Shown: positions 39,999 to 53,819, counted from the stretch's first letter. The stretch is DNA of 64,000 bases from Eledone cirrhosa (GCA_964016885.1 OZ024742.1:318866001-318930000), one strand, 5' to 3'. Numbers and translations are program-made. Notes: generated from the sequence alone by a model not told the origin.

Positions 39999-40551
39999 CA
40001 TAAAACATGTCTACAGAATCACCAGATAAAATATATACCCTTTCCTCTCCCAATTAGCATAATTAACCATATAAAAAATCAATTAGACCAAGCTATAAGA
40101 ATAAAGGCTCCTATGAAGAAATCTCCGACAAATAACCGAAAGCAGCCCTTTGCGGCGGTTGCGACGGAGTATTTATCGAGTATTTCGACAGCATGTATAA
40201 ATCGACCAGATATACATTCAACTAAACAGAATTAGGTGTAAAATAAACTAGGAGAAAAGTGAACATATTTAGTTACCTCTACCATGGTTTCGTCCGCATT
40301 TTAAGATATCCGATAACATTGGAAATCTGGAGCACATGACTCTTCAGGAGTTAGCTCAAATTTAGACAATTAATTTTCCAAAATGATCGTGCCAAGAATA
40401 CATTCAAAAATGGCTAAGAATCGTGACGTGGCAGCGGTCAAGTTAGAAAGAATGTGACTAGTTGCTTACGGCTAGTGGCCTTTTGCTAGAAAGCGCAGCC
40501 CAATACAGCAAAAATTGTATCTCAACCTAACGGGAGATTATTACATATAAG

Positions 40552-40560
<9 letters not shown>
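39999..40560 (-). mobile_element. ORF-less hammerhead-bearing element between TA tracts; partial second copy 41371-41647
   Basis: ~40001-40267 is nearly identical to ~41381-41647; contains the 40271-40355 hammerhead. Confidence 0.7.
40271..40355 (-). ncRNA. hammerhead motif
   Basis: Minus strand: CUC CUGAAGA GUC...GAC GAAA CCAUGG UA GAG; palindromic stem III ACCAUGGU; triplet GUA. Confidence 0.87.
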
Positions 40561-40617
<57 letters not shown>

Positions 40618-40620
<3 letters not shown>

Positions 40621-41225
40621 CACTGATGAGGGACTAATTTTATAATATGTAACCTATGTGCAACCACGCAGTATTCCTCTTTCTTCCCATGTTTTTCATA
40701 CATATTTACCTCGACTGCGATTATCTGTTTCTGTCTTTCTCTCTTACTGCTCCCCCGTTCTCTGTTTCTCTCACCTTCTTTCGCCCCCTCTGTCAGTTAC
40801 ACTTTCTCTCGACTGACCTCTTCCTCGCACTTCCACTCACTCACTCTCTGTTTCTCCCCTTCTCACTTCCTCCCGTTCGTTAGTAGTGGGGTTCTTTCTC
40901 ACATCTCATTCACGGCGGACGGTCTGTTTTCTGACCGCTCATGAAATTCACCCAGATTATGCTGACCGGATAACCATCATGTTGCTTGCTGTTTTCCTAC
41001 CTTCGGTTTGCTTTTCCTTCTATGTTGTTTACTTGTCTCACTCGCTTTACGCGATTCACTTGTCCCAATAGCTTATTTTAGTTATTGCTCGCACCAACCT
41101 GAGGTATCTGATTTTTAATGCGATGAATACCAATGATGGTTGGCAAATCACTGATGAGGAACTAATTGTATAATATGTAACCCATGTGCAACCACGCAGT
41201 ATTCCTCATTCTTCCCATGTTTTTC

Positions 41226-41228
<3 letters not shown>
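40618..41228 (+). mobile_element. ORF-less 528-bp-unit element with ~83-bp terminal direct repeats (family also at 36829-37410 minus and 46951-47244 minus)
   Basis: 40618-40700 repeats at 41146-41228; the 36831/37359 repeats show the same 528-bp period; all copies abut (TA)n; degenerate hammerhead-like fold at 41094-41143. Confidence 0.75.
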
Positions 41229-41316
<88 letters not shown>

Positions 41317-41640
41317 GCAACGGGTCACTTTGTGGCTCAATGAAGAGTTAATAAATTAAATAATCAGAGCTATATATCAAAAAACATGTCTATAGAATCA
41401 CCAGATAAAATATATACCGTTTCCTCTCCCAATTAGCATAATTAACCATATAAAAAATCAATTAGACCAAGCTATAAGAATAAAGGCTCCTATGAAGAAA
41501 TCTCCGACAAATAACCGAAAGCAGCCCTTCGCGGCGGTTGCGACGGAGTATTTATCGAGTATTTCGACAGCGTGTATAAATCGACCAGATATACATTCAA
41601 CTAAACAGAATTAGGTGTAAAATAAACTAGGAGAAAGGTG

Positions 41641-41695
<55 letters not shown>

Positions 41696-41865
41696 CGGAG
41701 GAAATGTGGTAAGGAACCAGGTGGACCATAACGAACCAAAGTACTCAATACTTAGGGTAGTAGAGTGGGTAATATATATATATATATATATATATTTACA
41801 CACAAACACATACACACCCTTTGACGTCTTTTCTTTAAAACTTTTTGTCTATGTCGACCTCAAAC

Positions 41866-42127
41866 TGTGTGTGTGCGCCGTGTGAGTGTCTGTGTGTGTG
41901 TGAGTGTGTATGGCTGGGGGGGGGGGGGCGTGCGAGTGTCTGTCTGTGTGAGTGTGTGTGTGTTTGTGCGTGCGACGTGTGAGTGTCTGTATGTGTGTGT
42001 GTGCGTGCGACGTGTGAGTGTCTGTATGTGTGTGTGTGCGTGCGACGTGTGAGTGTCTGTATGTGTGTGTGTGCGTGCGACGTGTGAGTGTCTGTGTGTG
42101 TGTGTGTGCGTGCGACGTGTGAGTGTC

Positions 42128-42163
<36 letters not shown>

Positions 42164-42263
42164 CGACGTGTGAGTGTCTGTCTGTCTGTGTGTGTGTGTT
42201 CGTGTGAGTGTCTGTCTGTCTCTGTGTGTGTGTGTGTGTGTGTGCGTGCGACGTGTGAGTGTC

Positions 42264-42305
<42 letters not shown>

Positions 42306-42365
42306 CGTGCGACGTGTGAGTGTCTGTCTGTCTGTGTGTGTGTGTGCGTGCGACGTGTGAGTGTC

Positions 42366-42409
<44 letters not shown>

Positions 42410-42718
42410 TGCGACGTGTGAGTGTCTGTCTGTCTGTGTGTGTGTGTTCGTGTGAGTGTCTGTCTGTCTCTCTGTGTGTGTGTGTGTGCGTGCGACGTGT
42501 GAGTGTCTGTCTGCGCATGTGAGTGTCTGTCTGTGTGTGTGCGAGTGTCTGTGTGTGTGTGTGTGCGACGGGTGAGTGTCTGTCTGTCTGTGTGTGTATA
42601 TGTGTGTGAGCACGCGCAGTGTGTCTGTCTGTGTGTGTGTGTGTATGTGTGTGTGTACGCCGTGCGAGTGTCTGTGTGTGTGTGTGTGCATGCGCAATGT
42701 CAGTGTCTGTCTGTGTGT

Positions 42719-42769
<51 letters not shown>

Positions 42770-42955
42770 TGTGTGTGTGTGCGCAGTGTGAGTGTCCGTC
42801 TGTCTGTGTGTGTGTGTACGCCGTGTGAGTGTCTGTGTGTGTGTGTGTGTGTGCATGCGCAGTGTGAGTGTCCGTCTGTCTGTGTGTGTGTGTACGCCGT
42901 GTGAGTGTCTGTCTGTGTGTGTGTGTGCACGCGCAGTGTGAGTGTCCGTCTGCGC
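41866..42955. repeat. compound (GT)n minisatellite with recurring GCGTGCGACGTGTGAGTGTCTG unit
   Basis: Directly visible. Confidence 0.95.
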
Positions 42956-42958
42956 TCG

Positions 42959-43032
42959 CGGACAGATTCTAAATCTGTTTCGCAACAATTATTAAGTGAA
43001 AGTCCCTATCCCTGTGCTCTTCTGCGGGTATC
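42959..43032 (-). ncRNA. hammerhead motif with CAGAAGA core; inverted partial copy 43218-43263 on plus strand
   Basis: Minus strand: GAUACCCG CAGAAGA GCA...UGC GAAA CAGAUU-UAG-AAUCUG UC CG; the plus-strand partial copy has the full complementary stem-I strand CGGGUAUC. Confidence 0.75.
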
Positions 43033-43749
43033 CAGGAAATTCGAACCTTTCACTTCAAAAGACTTAAGAAGACTGAGAAATATGTGTTGTTGAACACACA
43101 TGTCACAGCGCCTAACTCGTCTCATACTCGTGCCGCTAAAAATAGCAGCCGGTTTTATGGGACTAAAATTAGCTCTACGTATGGGGCCGAGAATATCATA
43201 TATTGAGTTATAAACTCCACTTAATAATTGTTGCGAAACAGATTTAGAATCTGTCCGGGTATCACGGCCATTGCCAATATAGGTTTGTTATTTTTATTGA
43301 TTTATTACTTTAAATCGAGACAAGCAAACCATATTGTTTTAAATTAGTATTTTTTCAGCCTAGCTAACTTGGTCATTTGCAATACGAACACATGTATACT
43401 TGTATCGGTGTTCATCCCTCTCATATATTCATTTGTATATATATATATATAAACAGAAGCTGGCAACAAACATGATCGATTCATTCAACATCAAAGAGGA
43501 GAGGTGGTATTTTTAGATTGGCTAAATGTTTTGTAGTGTGTGTGAGGGGGGGTGACCTTCCGTCAGTTCCGACGATGAGTGTTCCAGTTGTTTAGACAAC
43601 GGAACAGCCTGGTCGTGAAATTCATGTACAAGTAACTGAGCATTCCACAAACACTTATATTCTTAACATAATTCTCAGGAAGATTCAGCACGACAGTGTA
43701 TGACAAGGTTGTCTCTTTGAATTACATATACAGCTGTATTTTGGTTGGC

Positions 43750-44070
43750 ATGATGTGGAAAATATTCCATCAGCATTGCCCAAATGATGTTGGCATCATC
43801 CTTAAAGTACACCTAAGACTTGGGCCTCGTGCTATTCGGCCACAACAAAAATCAATCTCACATCTCATAACATTATGGCACAAATATTTCACCTCAATTG
43901 GCCGCACTCTCTTTAACATTACACTAAAACACATAAAAACAGAAACAGATCCCATAAAATTCAAAAAAGTCTTTGGACAAATTCTTTCAAGAAATCCCGG
44001 ATAAACCTCCTACACCCGAATATGTCTCCGTAAACAATAACTGTCTACTTGAGTGGGCCATAGTGACTAA
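43750..44070 (+). mobile_element. 3' end fragment of a CR1/L2-like LINE
   Basis: Degenerate G..LFN...K.IK......FKK.LDKF.Q.IPD.P, typical of the CR1-group C-terminus. Confidence 0.55.
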
Positions 44071-44199
44071 ATCATGATTTGAAAGACTTCACAGCTCCAA
44101 TACTATGGGCGTGTGGCTGGTTTCGCCTGGGGATCCAACCGGCTCAGTAGAAGATGGTTGTTTCTGACAGGACCCGCTGAAAGGAGTGTTTGAGGACTC

Positions 44200-44440
44200 T
44201 GTCCCTCTCAAGAAAAAGAAGAAGTTAGATATCTGTTCGTCAGCTTGCTTGGACTCGACAATCTCCTTATATCTCTTTGTTAGACACTTAGCATAGACTT
44301 TACTGAAGGGGCTTAACAAGGAGATCTCTCTGTAATTGGATCAATCGCTCTTGTCTCCCTTTTTGAAAATTGAGATTATCACTCTCGATTGCCAATGCTT
44401 AGGTGCCTTTCCAGAGATCCAGACCACCACAATCCAACAC
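44200..44440 (-). mobile_element. LINE RT fragment
   Basis: KKGDKSD*SNYREISLLSPFSKVYAKCL..R...IVES...DEQ, an RT N-terminal motif. Confidence 0.75.
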
Positions 44441-46889
44441 ACACGAGTCATATAAATACATTCCTGGGCCGGTTTTTGTGATATTCACTAATCTCAATAA
44501 AAATAAGAATTATCTGAGCTTTATAAGCCACAGCACAGGCTCCGTCGAATATATTCTTTATTGCGTTATAAATAAATACAATGAACGTTCTATTTTACCC
44601 TGTGGCGAGTATTATGAACAAAAGGGTAAACCTTCAGCAAGAAGGGGTAGTATCTGCATAACCGCCCACAAATTACACTCTGCTCTCTTGGAAAGGAAAA
44701 GACACATTTAATGTATTCCTACATAGCCCTAAAAATACAGGATGATCCTGGTTTGATTGTCTTTGATGTTCAATCAGTGTTGACAACAACTCAGTGCTTT
44801 GAAATACAGATCAAAGCCCAGAGTCGGATTCTGAATATTTAATGTCCTTGGCTAGCCCTACAATGTGCAACCCTTTTCTCCCAGTTATGCATCCCATTCT
44901 CTCAAATAAGATAATTACAACTCTTGAAGGAGATTTGATTGCTCTTTCTAGCAGGTCAATTGACGATGTATAGGTTTCCTCGTTTGGCTCGTTATTTCAT
45001 ATGGCAGGGTGGTGTTCTCGTGGGTCTACTTGCTGCAGCAAACAAATAACACCGCCCTCCCTCGCCACCATTAGCAATAACTAACAATAACAAGTTCGAC
45101 AGATCACAGGCACAGTAGACACACACGGCCGGTAGAATTGCAATAATTATATTTCAAGATAGTCTTCACAACAGAATATATCTGTAACGTGAAAAAAGGC
45201 TTTCTGCTTGTTTACTTTAATGTTACACTCATTATTTGCCAGAAAATATATAGGCAAAACATCTCAGGGGTTTTCCTTCAAAGTTCTCACTGTAAAAAAA
45301 TACTTTGAATTACTCTACCTATGTAAACAACATACCAAAGATGAGCCATCGTATTACCAAAAATGAACCAATACGGGTTCCCTCGACCTGCTAGAAGTAG
45401 CAGTCAAATCACACTCAACAAAAGACACGTAAGATAATGTGGTCCTGAGTTCTTTGCATATTGAATGTTTTTAGTAGGTCGTTATCTGAATTCATATCCT
45501 GGCATTGACTCACTTGAGTTATTTCCTTAAGCTCATTTGAAGTAAAAGAAATTGGATTCGCAATCGTGGGGTTGCGAGTTCGATTCCCGGACCGAGCGAT
45601 GCGTTATGTCCTTGAGCAAGGTACTTTATTTCACGCTGCTCTTTCTGCCTGGAGTTGTGGCCAGTAAACAGCATCAGCAATGGAAAGACCAATGGAAACA
45701 TTGTTTCCTTGGTCCTATTTGACGACTTGCACCCAACTCTAGACCTGCCAAACTCTAAAAACCCAAACGGGGAGTACCATGAAAAAAGGGCTCCAAAACG
45801 GGGAGAAATCAGGCAAAATGGGGAGATTTTGCATAATGAAAGCTATACCCATTTTCACAAGAGAAGACATCTCTCACCCACCCCAAAGTGGGTCGGAGAT
45901 CTCCCCGTAGGACGGGAAAAGTTGATAGGTCTGCAACTCTGTAAGCGAATGATGCCAGAATGGCTTTGTCCCCGGCCGCTGAGAATCTATGCTACGCCAT
46001 TGGTTTAACGTTTGAGGCAGGCAGAAACTCTTCGAATGAGAGAAAAGCAATGTCAAAGTAATGTCAAAAATAATTAAGATGAGAGAAAAAGAAAGATAAG
46101 GAAGAATTAAAAAGAGTTAGAGGTGGACGAAGTAACGATCAGAGAGAGGAGAAAATATAAGGAATGCCAACAAATTTGAAATGCGATGCGACGGTGGCAG
46201 GGGGTAACGCTAACGAAACATTAATACAGACATACAATAAAGTTGTTTTTGTTTCAAATCTTCTGCTGTTCCATTTATTTCTCTTCACTGGTTGTTGCTT
46301 GCTCCCTCCACTGACGCTTGTAACCTCTTCTTTATTTCCCTATCAGTGATAGGAATTGGAAACTGGGTATATATAGCATGGCTGTATCTAGTATTTACTT
46401 CCAGAAAAATCAGAAAGCTTCGTTTGGGATGAATGATATGACCTTTTGACGACCTTTTGACGACCTTTGATCTCAATCTAGCCTAACATATACAACATAG
46501 GTCTTCAAAAATACTGTATGATTGTAGCTGCATTACTGCAATTCTGCAGATTCATTGAGTGAGATAGACGTTGGCTGGAGAACGTTGATTTAATACCAGC
46601 GATCTTCGTTAATTTTACAGTGTGTGTGTGTGGGGGGGGGGGGGTCAGTTTGCGCAACAGATTGGAGCCCGCTCATTTGGTGTGTTACATGTGAGACAAT
46701 AACAAAACAAAAATTAGACAGGAAAAGTTATGAGTCTTTCGACCAAAGGAGATAAATACGTAAAAAATTACAACTAGAATTAACTGGACAATATTTGTAA
46801 ATGTGAAACACAACTGGCCAGAAGCAGATGAAATGTGGTGGAGTACAGAACGAAGAAATTATGTCCACTGCTTACTAGTGCTAATGGCC

Positions 46890-46950
<61 letters not shown>

Positions 46951-46957
<7 letters not shown>

Positions 46958-47242
46958 AACAAGGGGAAGAAGAATACTGCATGGTTGCACATGGATTACA
47001 TATTATAAAATTAGTCCCTCATCAGTGATTTTGCCAACCATCATTGGTATTTCATCGCATTAAAAATCAGATACCTCAGGTTGGTGCGAGCAATAACTAA
47101 AATAAGCTATTGGGACAAGTGAAACGCGTAAAGCGAGTGAGACGAGTAAACATAAGAAGGAAAAGCAAACCGAAGGTTGGAAAACAGCAAGCCACATGGT
47201 AGTTATCCGATCAGCATAAGCTGGGTGAATTTCATGAGCGGT

Positions 47243-47244
<2 letters not shown>
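46951..47244 (-). mobile_element. truncated third copy of the 528-bp-unit family
   Basis: Reverse complement of ~40932-41228, with (TA)n on both sides. Confidence 0.75.
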
Positions 47245-47314
<70 letters not shown>

Positions 47315-48614
47315 GTAAGGATGAAAGGCAAAATTAACCTCGGCGGAATTTGAACTCAGATCATAAAGGGCCGTAACTCTATGCTGGTTTACATACAAAT
47401 AATAAATAGTTTTAACAAAGCAATATCAACTGGCGGTCATGATGAAGCAGACTTATAATCACGGACGTTCTATTTCCGATCATCCGGTCTTTGTTCAGAC
47501 AGTGAATCTAGAACAAAATTATCCAATGTGCTGTTCCCTTTTGAAACGATAAACCAGGAGTTCTATTGGGCCACTGTCTCCCCGCCCCCCTCCATCACGA
47601 CTGCGTAATACTCTATTCAACCCCCCCCCCATCCCCTATTTCCAGAAAGACCTACCTACACACAAATTGTAAATAATATATAATAAATAAAATCGCTAAT
47701 TTATATGTAATAAAAATATAATAATATATACGGGCCAGCAATTTTGGGGGAGGAGAAAGTCGATTAAACCGACCCCAGTCCGTGACTGGTACTTTATTTT
47801 ATCGACCCTGTAAGGATGAAAGGCAAAGTTAACCTCGGCGGGATTTGAACTCAGATCATAAAGAGCCGTAACTCTATGCTGCAAAACCGATGGTGTCCGA
47901 CTCTACTGATACTGCCAAATAATATTATAAATAATAAATTCATAGCGCCCTCGCACCAAACTCTTAGGTCTTGGCGCCCCCTTGGATCTTCTCCCGCCAC
48001 TCCTATTCGTGGGGGTGGTAGCGCCCAATTTGAGAACCTCTGCGATAGACTATTATCTTGAAGGGGTTTGGCTGCTGCATCTAGCAGATCGACCGACCGT
48101 GTGGGTAGGGGCTCCCGCTTTGTTTTGAGTAAATTAGTTTATTGAGATTGTTGTATCTTTTATTTGCAATGCTTCTATGTACCAACTTGAGAAATATTCA
48201 ATTTGTTCATATTCCAAAAGATAAGAAAAAATAGAAGGATAAATATTATTTTTATATTCTGAAACTTAACTCTAAAGGAACGTCTTGGGAAATATTTTAA
48301 AGACACTTGTCAGGAATTTGGTACGATTTTGTTTTTTGTTGTTTTTTCTCCAAAGACCATGTTTTAGCGTTGCGACAGCTGCTAGAAAATGATTTCTTAC
48401 TTTCGCACAAAACCACAAATGTTTTCAGGAAGGCTGTAAGTCGACTGAATTGACCCTTAGGGTTTTGAACTCGGAATGAATATATATAAACGAAGGAGTT
48501 GTGGTAAGGAACCAGATGGACCATAACGCACCAGAGTACTCAGAAATAGCCGTCGAAACGGCTTGAGCTCTGCTATCGGGGTAATACATTTTCATATATA
48601 TATATATATATATA

Positions 48615-48693
48615 CAGCGTGTCCCCAAAAGATGTATACACACTTTTATTAGAATGCTGTTGAAGTGTGTATACATTTTTGGGACACACCCTG
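48615..48693. mobile_element. 79-bp Tc1/mariner-type MITE
   Basis: CAGCGTGTCCCCAAAAGATGTATACACACTT / AAGTGTGTATACATTTTTGGGACACACCCTG inverted arms with TA on both sides. Confidence 0.75.
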
Positions 48694-51600
48694 TACATAA
48701 ATATATATAGAAAGAGAGAGCGGTGGGGAGATACTTAACTAGGCATTTCATCACTACTCATACCTGGTATCCAGTGTTCAGTGGAATACGGAATGGACCT
48801 CTGTCGGTTTCGGCGATGAGTATTCAGTTAACGGAACAGCCTGCTCATGAAATTAACGTGTAAATGGCTGACAATTCCATAGACGCATGTGCCCTTAACG
48901 TAATTCTCAGGGAGATTCAGTGTACCAGTGTGTGCTGAGGCTGACCCTTTGAATTACACCTACAATCAATCTGGCGGCTTTCAGTTAACCATTCGGCCAT
49001 GTCGTGGCTACTACATACCATGTGTGTGCATGTATGTATATATCTATGTATATATGTGTTTGTGTATCTGTATTTAAGCTTACAAATCACGCTTAAAAAC
49101 CGGTTCAGTTTGTGTAAATCCCGTAACTGTCACACACACACACAGCACTGAATTTAATGGGGACAAAGGGGGCGTGCCCCGGGCACCCTGCAGTGGGGGA
49201 CCCTACCAGCGACGGCCGTAGCAATTTATTTGAGCCCTCAGCTGGGTTTTTTTTAGTTTTAGGGTGGTAAGAATTTTTTTTATTTAATACCTGTATGTAT
49301 AACTTTTCAATTCCAATTATTTGCGTTAGAAATTCAGCGTTTGTTGCTGCCACCACCACTCACTCTCTCTCTGTCTTTCCCTCTCTCTTTCTTTCTCTCT
49401 CACACACAATTGTCCTATCCTCTTTCCACAAAGTGACAGATATTTTTTATACCCTATGTAATTTATTGTGAGCACTTTGCTATAATAGATGTATAGCCTC
49501 GACACAAGATCATAAAATACAGTTTGTTTGAATCGGCTGTTTTATTGACTACAGAAACATAAAAAGCCAAGTGGACACTGACAGCATTTGAAGTCAGAAC
49601 ATAGACAGATGTAACTAAATATTAATATGTATTTAGACTGACATTTTCTTGCGTCTGCCATTCCACCTCCCAGGATGCTAGTAATTGTTTCTACTTTTGG
49701 CACAAGGCCAGCAATTTGAAGGGGAGGGGAAAGTCGATTAAATCGACTCCAGTGGATTGCTGGTACTTTATTTTATCGACCCTATTAAGATGAAACGTAA
49801 AGCTGACCTCCGTGGGATAGAACGTAAAGGGCCGTAACTCAATTACACTTCACCTCCCAAGATGCTAGTAATGGTTTCTACTATTAGCACAAGGCAAGCA
49901 ACTTGATGTTATGGAGGATGCCGCCTTAGAAAGATTGCTCTAAAAATACAAGTTTCGAAACTTAATTATATACTACTGTAGGACTTAATTTTGCCAGATG
50001 TGTCTCTTGCCAAAGGAAGTAAACATTTTATTTGTCTAGGAGCTTCTAATATAACTAGGCATTTTCCTTTAACACTGTTTTTTTTATTTCAATAAAAAAT
50101 GTGCTAGTGCTGCTCTTCGCTAAAAAAATTTGTTTAAGAATTTAATCAGCTTTATCGACAAATCAGCTTTATCGACATGCCTTTTCTGTCGATTGGTATC
50201 ATATAGTCTGTTGCGAATATTCTTATAATGGGAGAATAGTTCTCAGTGCATTTATCTGGATCATCTTTGGTTTGTTGAAATTATAGTAGAGTCTTTCAAA
50301 TTCCTGCTAAACAGGTGTTGCAGAATTTGCAATATCTGGCTTAGTAAAGCCAGCCAGCTTAGAAAGATTGTAGAGTTTTCAAATTCCTGCTCAATAGGTG
50401 CTATAAATTTAAAGAAAAAGTTGAAGCACCTAAAATTCTGGAACCCCTGACAACTACCTATTGTGTCTGTAGGCAGACCTGTCACTCTCCCCACCCGACA
50501 GGGAGATCTTCCACCCACTTTGGGGTGGGTGAGAGATGTCGTCTCTTGTGAAAATGGGTATATCTTTCATTATGTAAAATCTCCCCATTTTGGGGCACAT
50601 TTTTTCATGATACTTCTCGTTTGGGTTTTTAGAGGTTGGCAGGTTTGCTGTAGCAGTAATTTGATATTCTCCTCAATAGAGTTTCTTTCACACTATCGAG
50701 CAGCCACCATTAAGCATTGATGGCCTTACAGCTAAGTTTCTATCGGCTTTTAGACGCCAACAAATCTGAGATTTTGATATAGCAAACGGCCATCTGCTTG
50801 TTCTTGTGTTCAGGAGACAGAATAAACGATAGTGATAAATAATAGCCGGCTCCCCGAGTGAAAGACGGTTGCAAAGTTCCTACTGACCAGCTAAGATGTA
50901 GTGGCTATCTGTCTCACACACAGACCCCCCCCCCCTCTCTCTCAACCAGGTCAGCGAAACCTAACCTATCAACAAAAGTTTGGTAAATACATTTTTAATT
51001 ATTGTACACACGCATACACTGCAACAACATAAGCCTTGTTTTCTTATATTGCCAACAATAGCCTCGTTATTAAATTAATAAATACATTTATGTAGCAATT
51101 TGGGTTTTATTTCATTATCTATGCGATCAGAGTAAATCACTTACCCAAGGAATCATCATAATGAACACTGTAGCTCACTTGCACACCCACAATCCCTGGT
51201 CACACTGGGTCAGGCATATCAATCTCCTTCGCCTACACAAACGTGACCACATCAAAAAGCAATTCACAAGTAAACAAGGAACCACAGTAGCAACTTATCA
51301 CCAATTAACATTGCCAACTACAACCAAAAATACTATTTATCGCTACATGTCCATACGATAAGGCGGCTCTACGTGCCGTATCTTTCCTCTGCCTACACTA
51401 TCGCTGTTATCTTCCGAATGAACCAAATATTTACTATGTCCGCCGTCAGTAAAACATACTTCCTGCATCGATCTCTCCCTTTCTTGTCATTTTACCGTAT
51501 TTCCTCTTGCAGATGTCGAACATTTCACCTAATTCTGACCTGCCAACCTCTAAAAACTCAAACGGAGAGTACCATGAAAAAAAGTGCCCCAAAACGGGGA

Positions 51601-53584
51601 GAAATAAAGCAAAATGGGAAGATTTTACATAATGAAAGCTATACTCAATTTCACAAGAGAAGACATCTCTCTCCAACCCCAATGTGGGTGGGAAATCTCC
51701 CCGTCGGACGGGGAGAGTTGACAGGTCTACCTACTCCTTCCTTCTAAGACTTGAATAACTCAGAACGTCCTCCAACTCCCGTTTACATTCCAATCAAGCT
51801 ATTTATCTTTCTCTTTCCCTATTTTGGAATGGCTTAAAAGTGTCGTTAATGCTGAACTTCTTTCTCTAACTAATAATAGAAAACAAAAAAAGTAACAATA
51901 ATACTTTTATATTCATGATATTTTCCTCGTATATCGAAATAAATCATTGAAAGAATAAACTAGGAGTAATGTCTATGTCAGCATCTGAGTAGGCGAAATC
52001 GAAAAGAAAATGTTTCTTCAGTTCTGTGAGCTATTCAATCGAAAGAAAAAAAATCGTAACACTTTTATTCCATTGCTTAATTTTTATGATAAATGGCAAA
52101 AGATATCTGTATTACATCCAATTTGTTCTATTGAACCCCACCCCTCAGCTCCCGCCTACTTGACTGTTATCAGTTCACAAGGAACTGTACTGCTGAATAA
52201 GTTATAGCTGCCGACAACCACCGGTGGACAGAACCAATTAATAAATCAGAAATGACAATGAAAGGAATGAATACAAAAATGATTGCATATTAAACGAATG
52301 AATACAAAAGCCAAATTAGATAGAAGCAGCGATGGAGGAAAGCAATGAATACCTTTGCAAGTTAAGAAGATTGGATGCAATACACAGGAGAATCAATCAA
52401 ATTACTAACCAACTGTGAATGCAATGTACGGCGGCGTTATTCAAATTCAATATTATAGTTTGCCATTTGAAGCGAGCAATCCTCAATCTTGTTAAGAAAA
52501 CGTAAAAAAAAAAAAAAAGGCTATGAAGAGAGAACGCGTTTAATTTCGAGATCTTTCTTTTTGTTCTTGTTTCTTCTGTATACTTTCACTGGTTGAATAT
52601 AAAAGAAAGATTGCTCATCATGATGGTAGTGGTAACGACGATCATCATCATCATGAGAAGTAGGAGGAGAAAAGAAATACAGAGGAAGAAAAAGTATCGA
52701 TAGCTACTACAGAAGAGGTAGTCTATTAGACGAGAGGATTCTTGTGGACATGAAACAACGATGAGTATTTTTTTCTAAATGGTGGTACAGATCTGAAACC
52801 CGCATAGTGAAAATTGAAGGTGATGTTTTACTAAATATCTTACAGTATATTATTATACTAACTGACCAACAACTACCAAGTATTAAAGATCAATAAGAAA
52901 TTTAATTTTTATAAGTTATATATATATAAATATAGCGAAATCTCTTCGTACATACTGACCACCGAATGACATCTGGCTACTATTTCTCTTTATCTAGGTT
53001 GGCATCAGTGGTTTGAAGAGGCTGGCCAACTTGAGGTTAAATGAGATAAATTTTTCTTTGAGTCATTAGACTTTGGTTCCCCGGAAGAGAAGGATCACTT
53101 CGAGTTGCTCAAGCAAGTATCGAGACGTAGCACTTAGCAAAAAAAAGCTTCGGTCCTCTCGACAAGGGCCCGACAGCAATTCTTCCATTGGCACTTTCAA
53201 TGGCTCGGTTACCTGCCTCTACTCTTAGACAACACAGTTTCCTTGCCACTGCGAGTTAACTACGACCTATGCTGGTACGTACTGTCTGACTACAACTTTT
53301 CACTTTTAAGGAAACATCGCAGAAGCCTTTTTGAACATTATATTCATTTGTGAATACTACAATCAAACCTTATATGATTCGAAGTAATTATGTTCTTCCT
53401 TTTCGATAAATCCAACCAGAATTATTGGTATTTGTTGTGTTTATCGTCCTCTTCCACAACAACCCCAAAACTTCGCATCATATATATATATACAGTATAT
53501 TTTGCAATACACTGTATGCTTAATTAAAATCATTTTGAAGACCATACGCTATTGTTTTAAAGTAGTGACAATGTCACTTACTTA

Positions 53585-53680
53585 AATTTTCAGCAAACAG
53601 GGGAGATAAGTTGACAGAGCTCTGTTTCGTACTTGTTGGTACTTATCAAAGCTCACTACTCTCCCTGTTTGCTGAAAATT
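53585..53680 (-). ncRNA. degenerate hammerhead motif with long stem I
   Basis: Minus strand: AGCU UUGAUAA GUAC..GUAC GAAAC AGAGCUCU GUC AACU; core has two substitutions; flanked by inverted repeat AATTTTCAGCAAACAGGG. Confidence 0.6.
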
Positions 53681-53819
53681 ACTGATTATACAGAGCGGTC
53701 GCCGGTCCAGCAGAAATTGAAAATTAGAATTGGTGCTCTGGCAAAATACACTATATATACATTCATATATATATATCGCTATTTCAGAGCACCAATTCTA
53801 ATTATATATATATAGTCGA

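Noticed and set aside
53060-53200. Short matches to snRNA-like words (GAGAAGG, GACAAGG)
   Set aside because: Spacing and flanks do not fit U6atac or U3; a chance match is likely.
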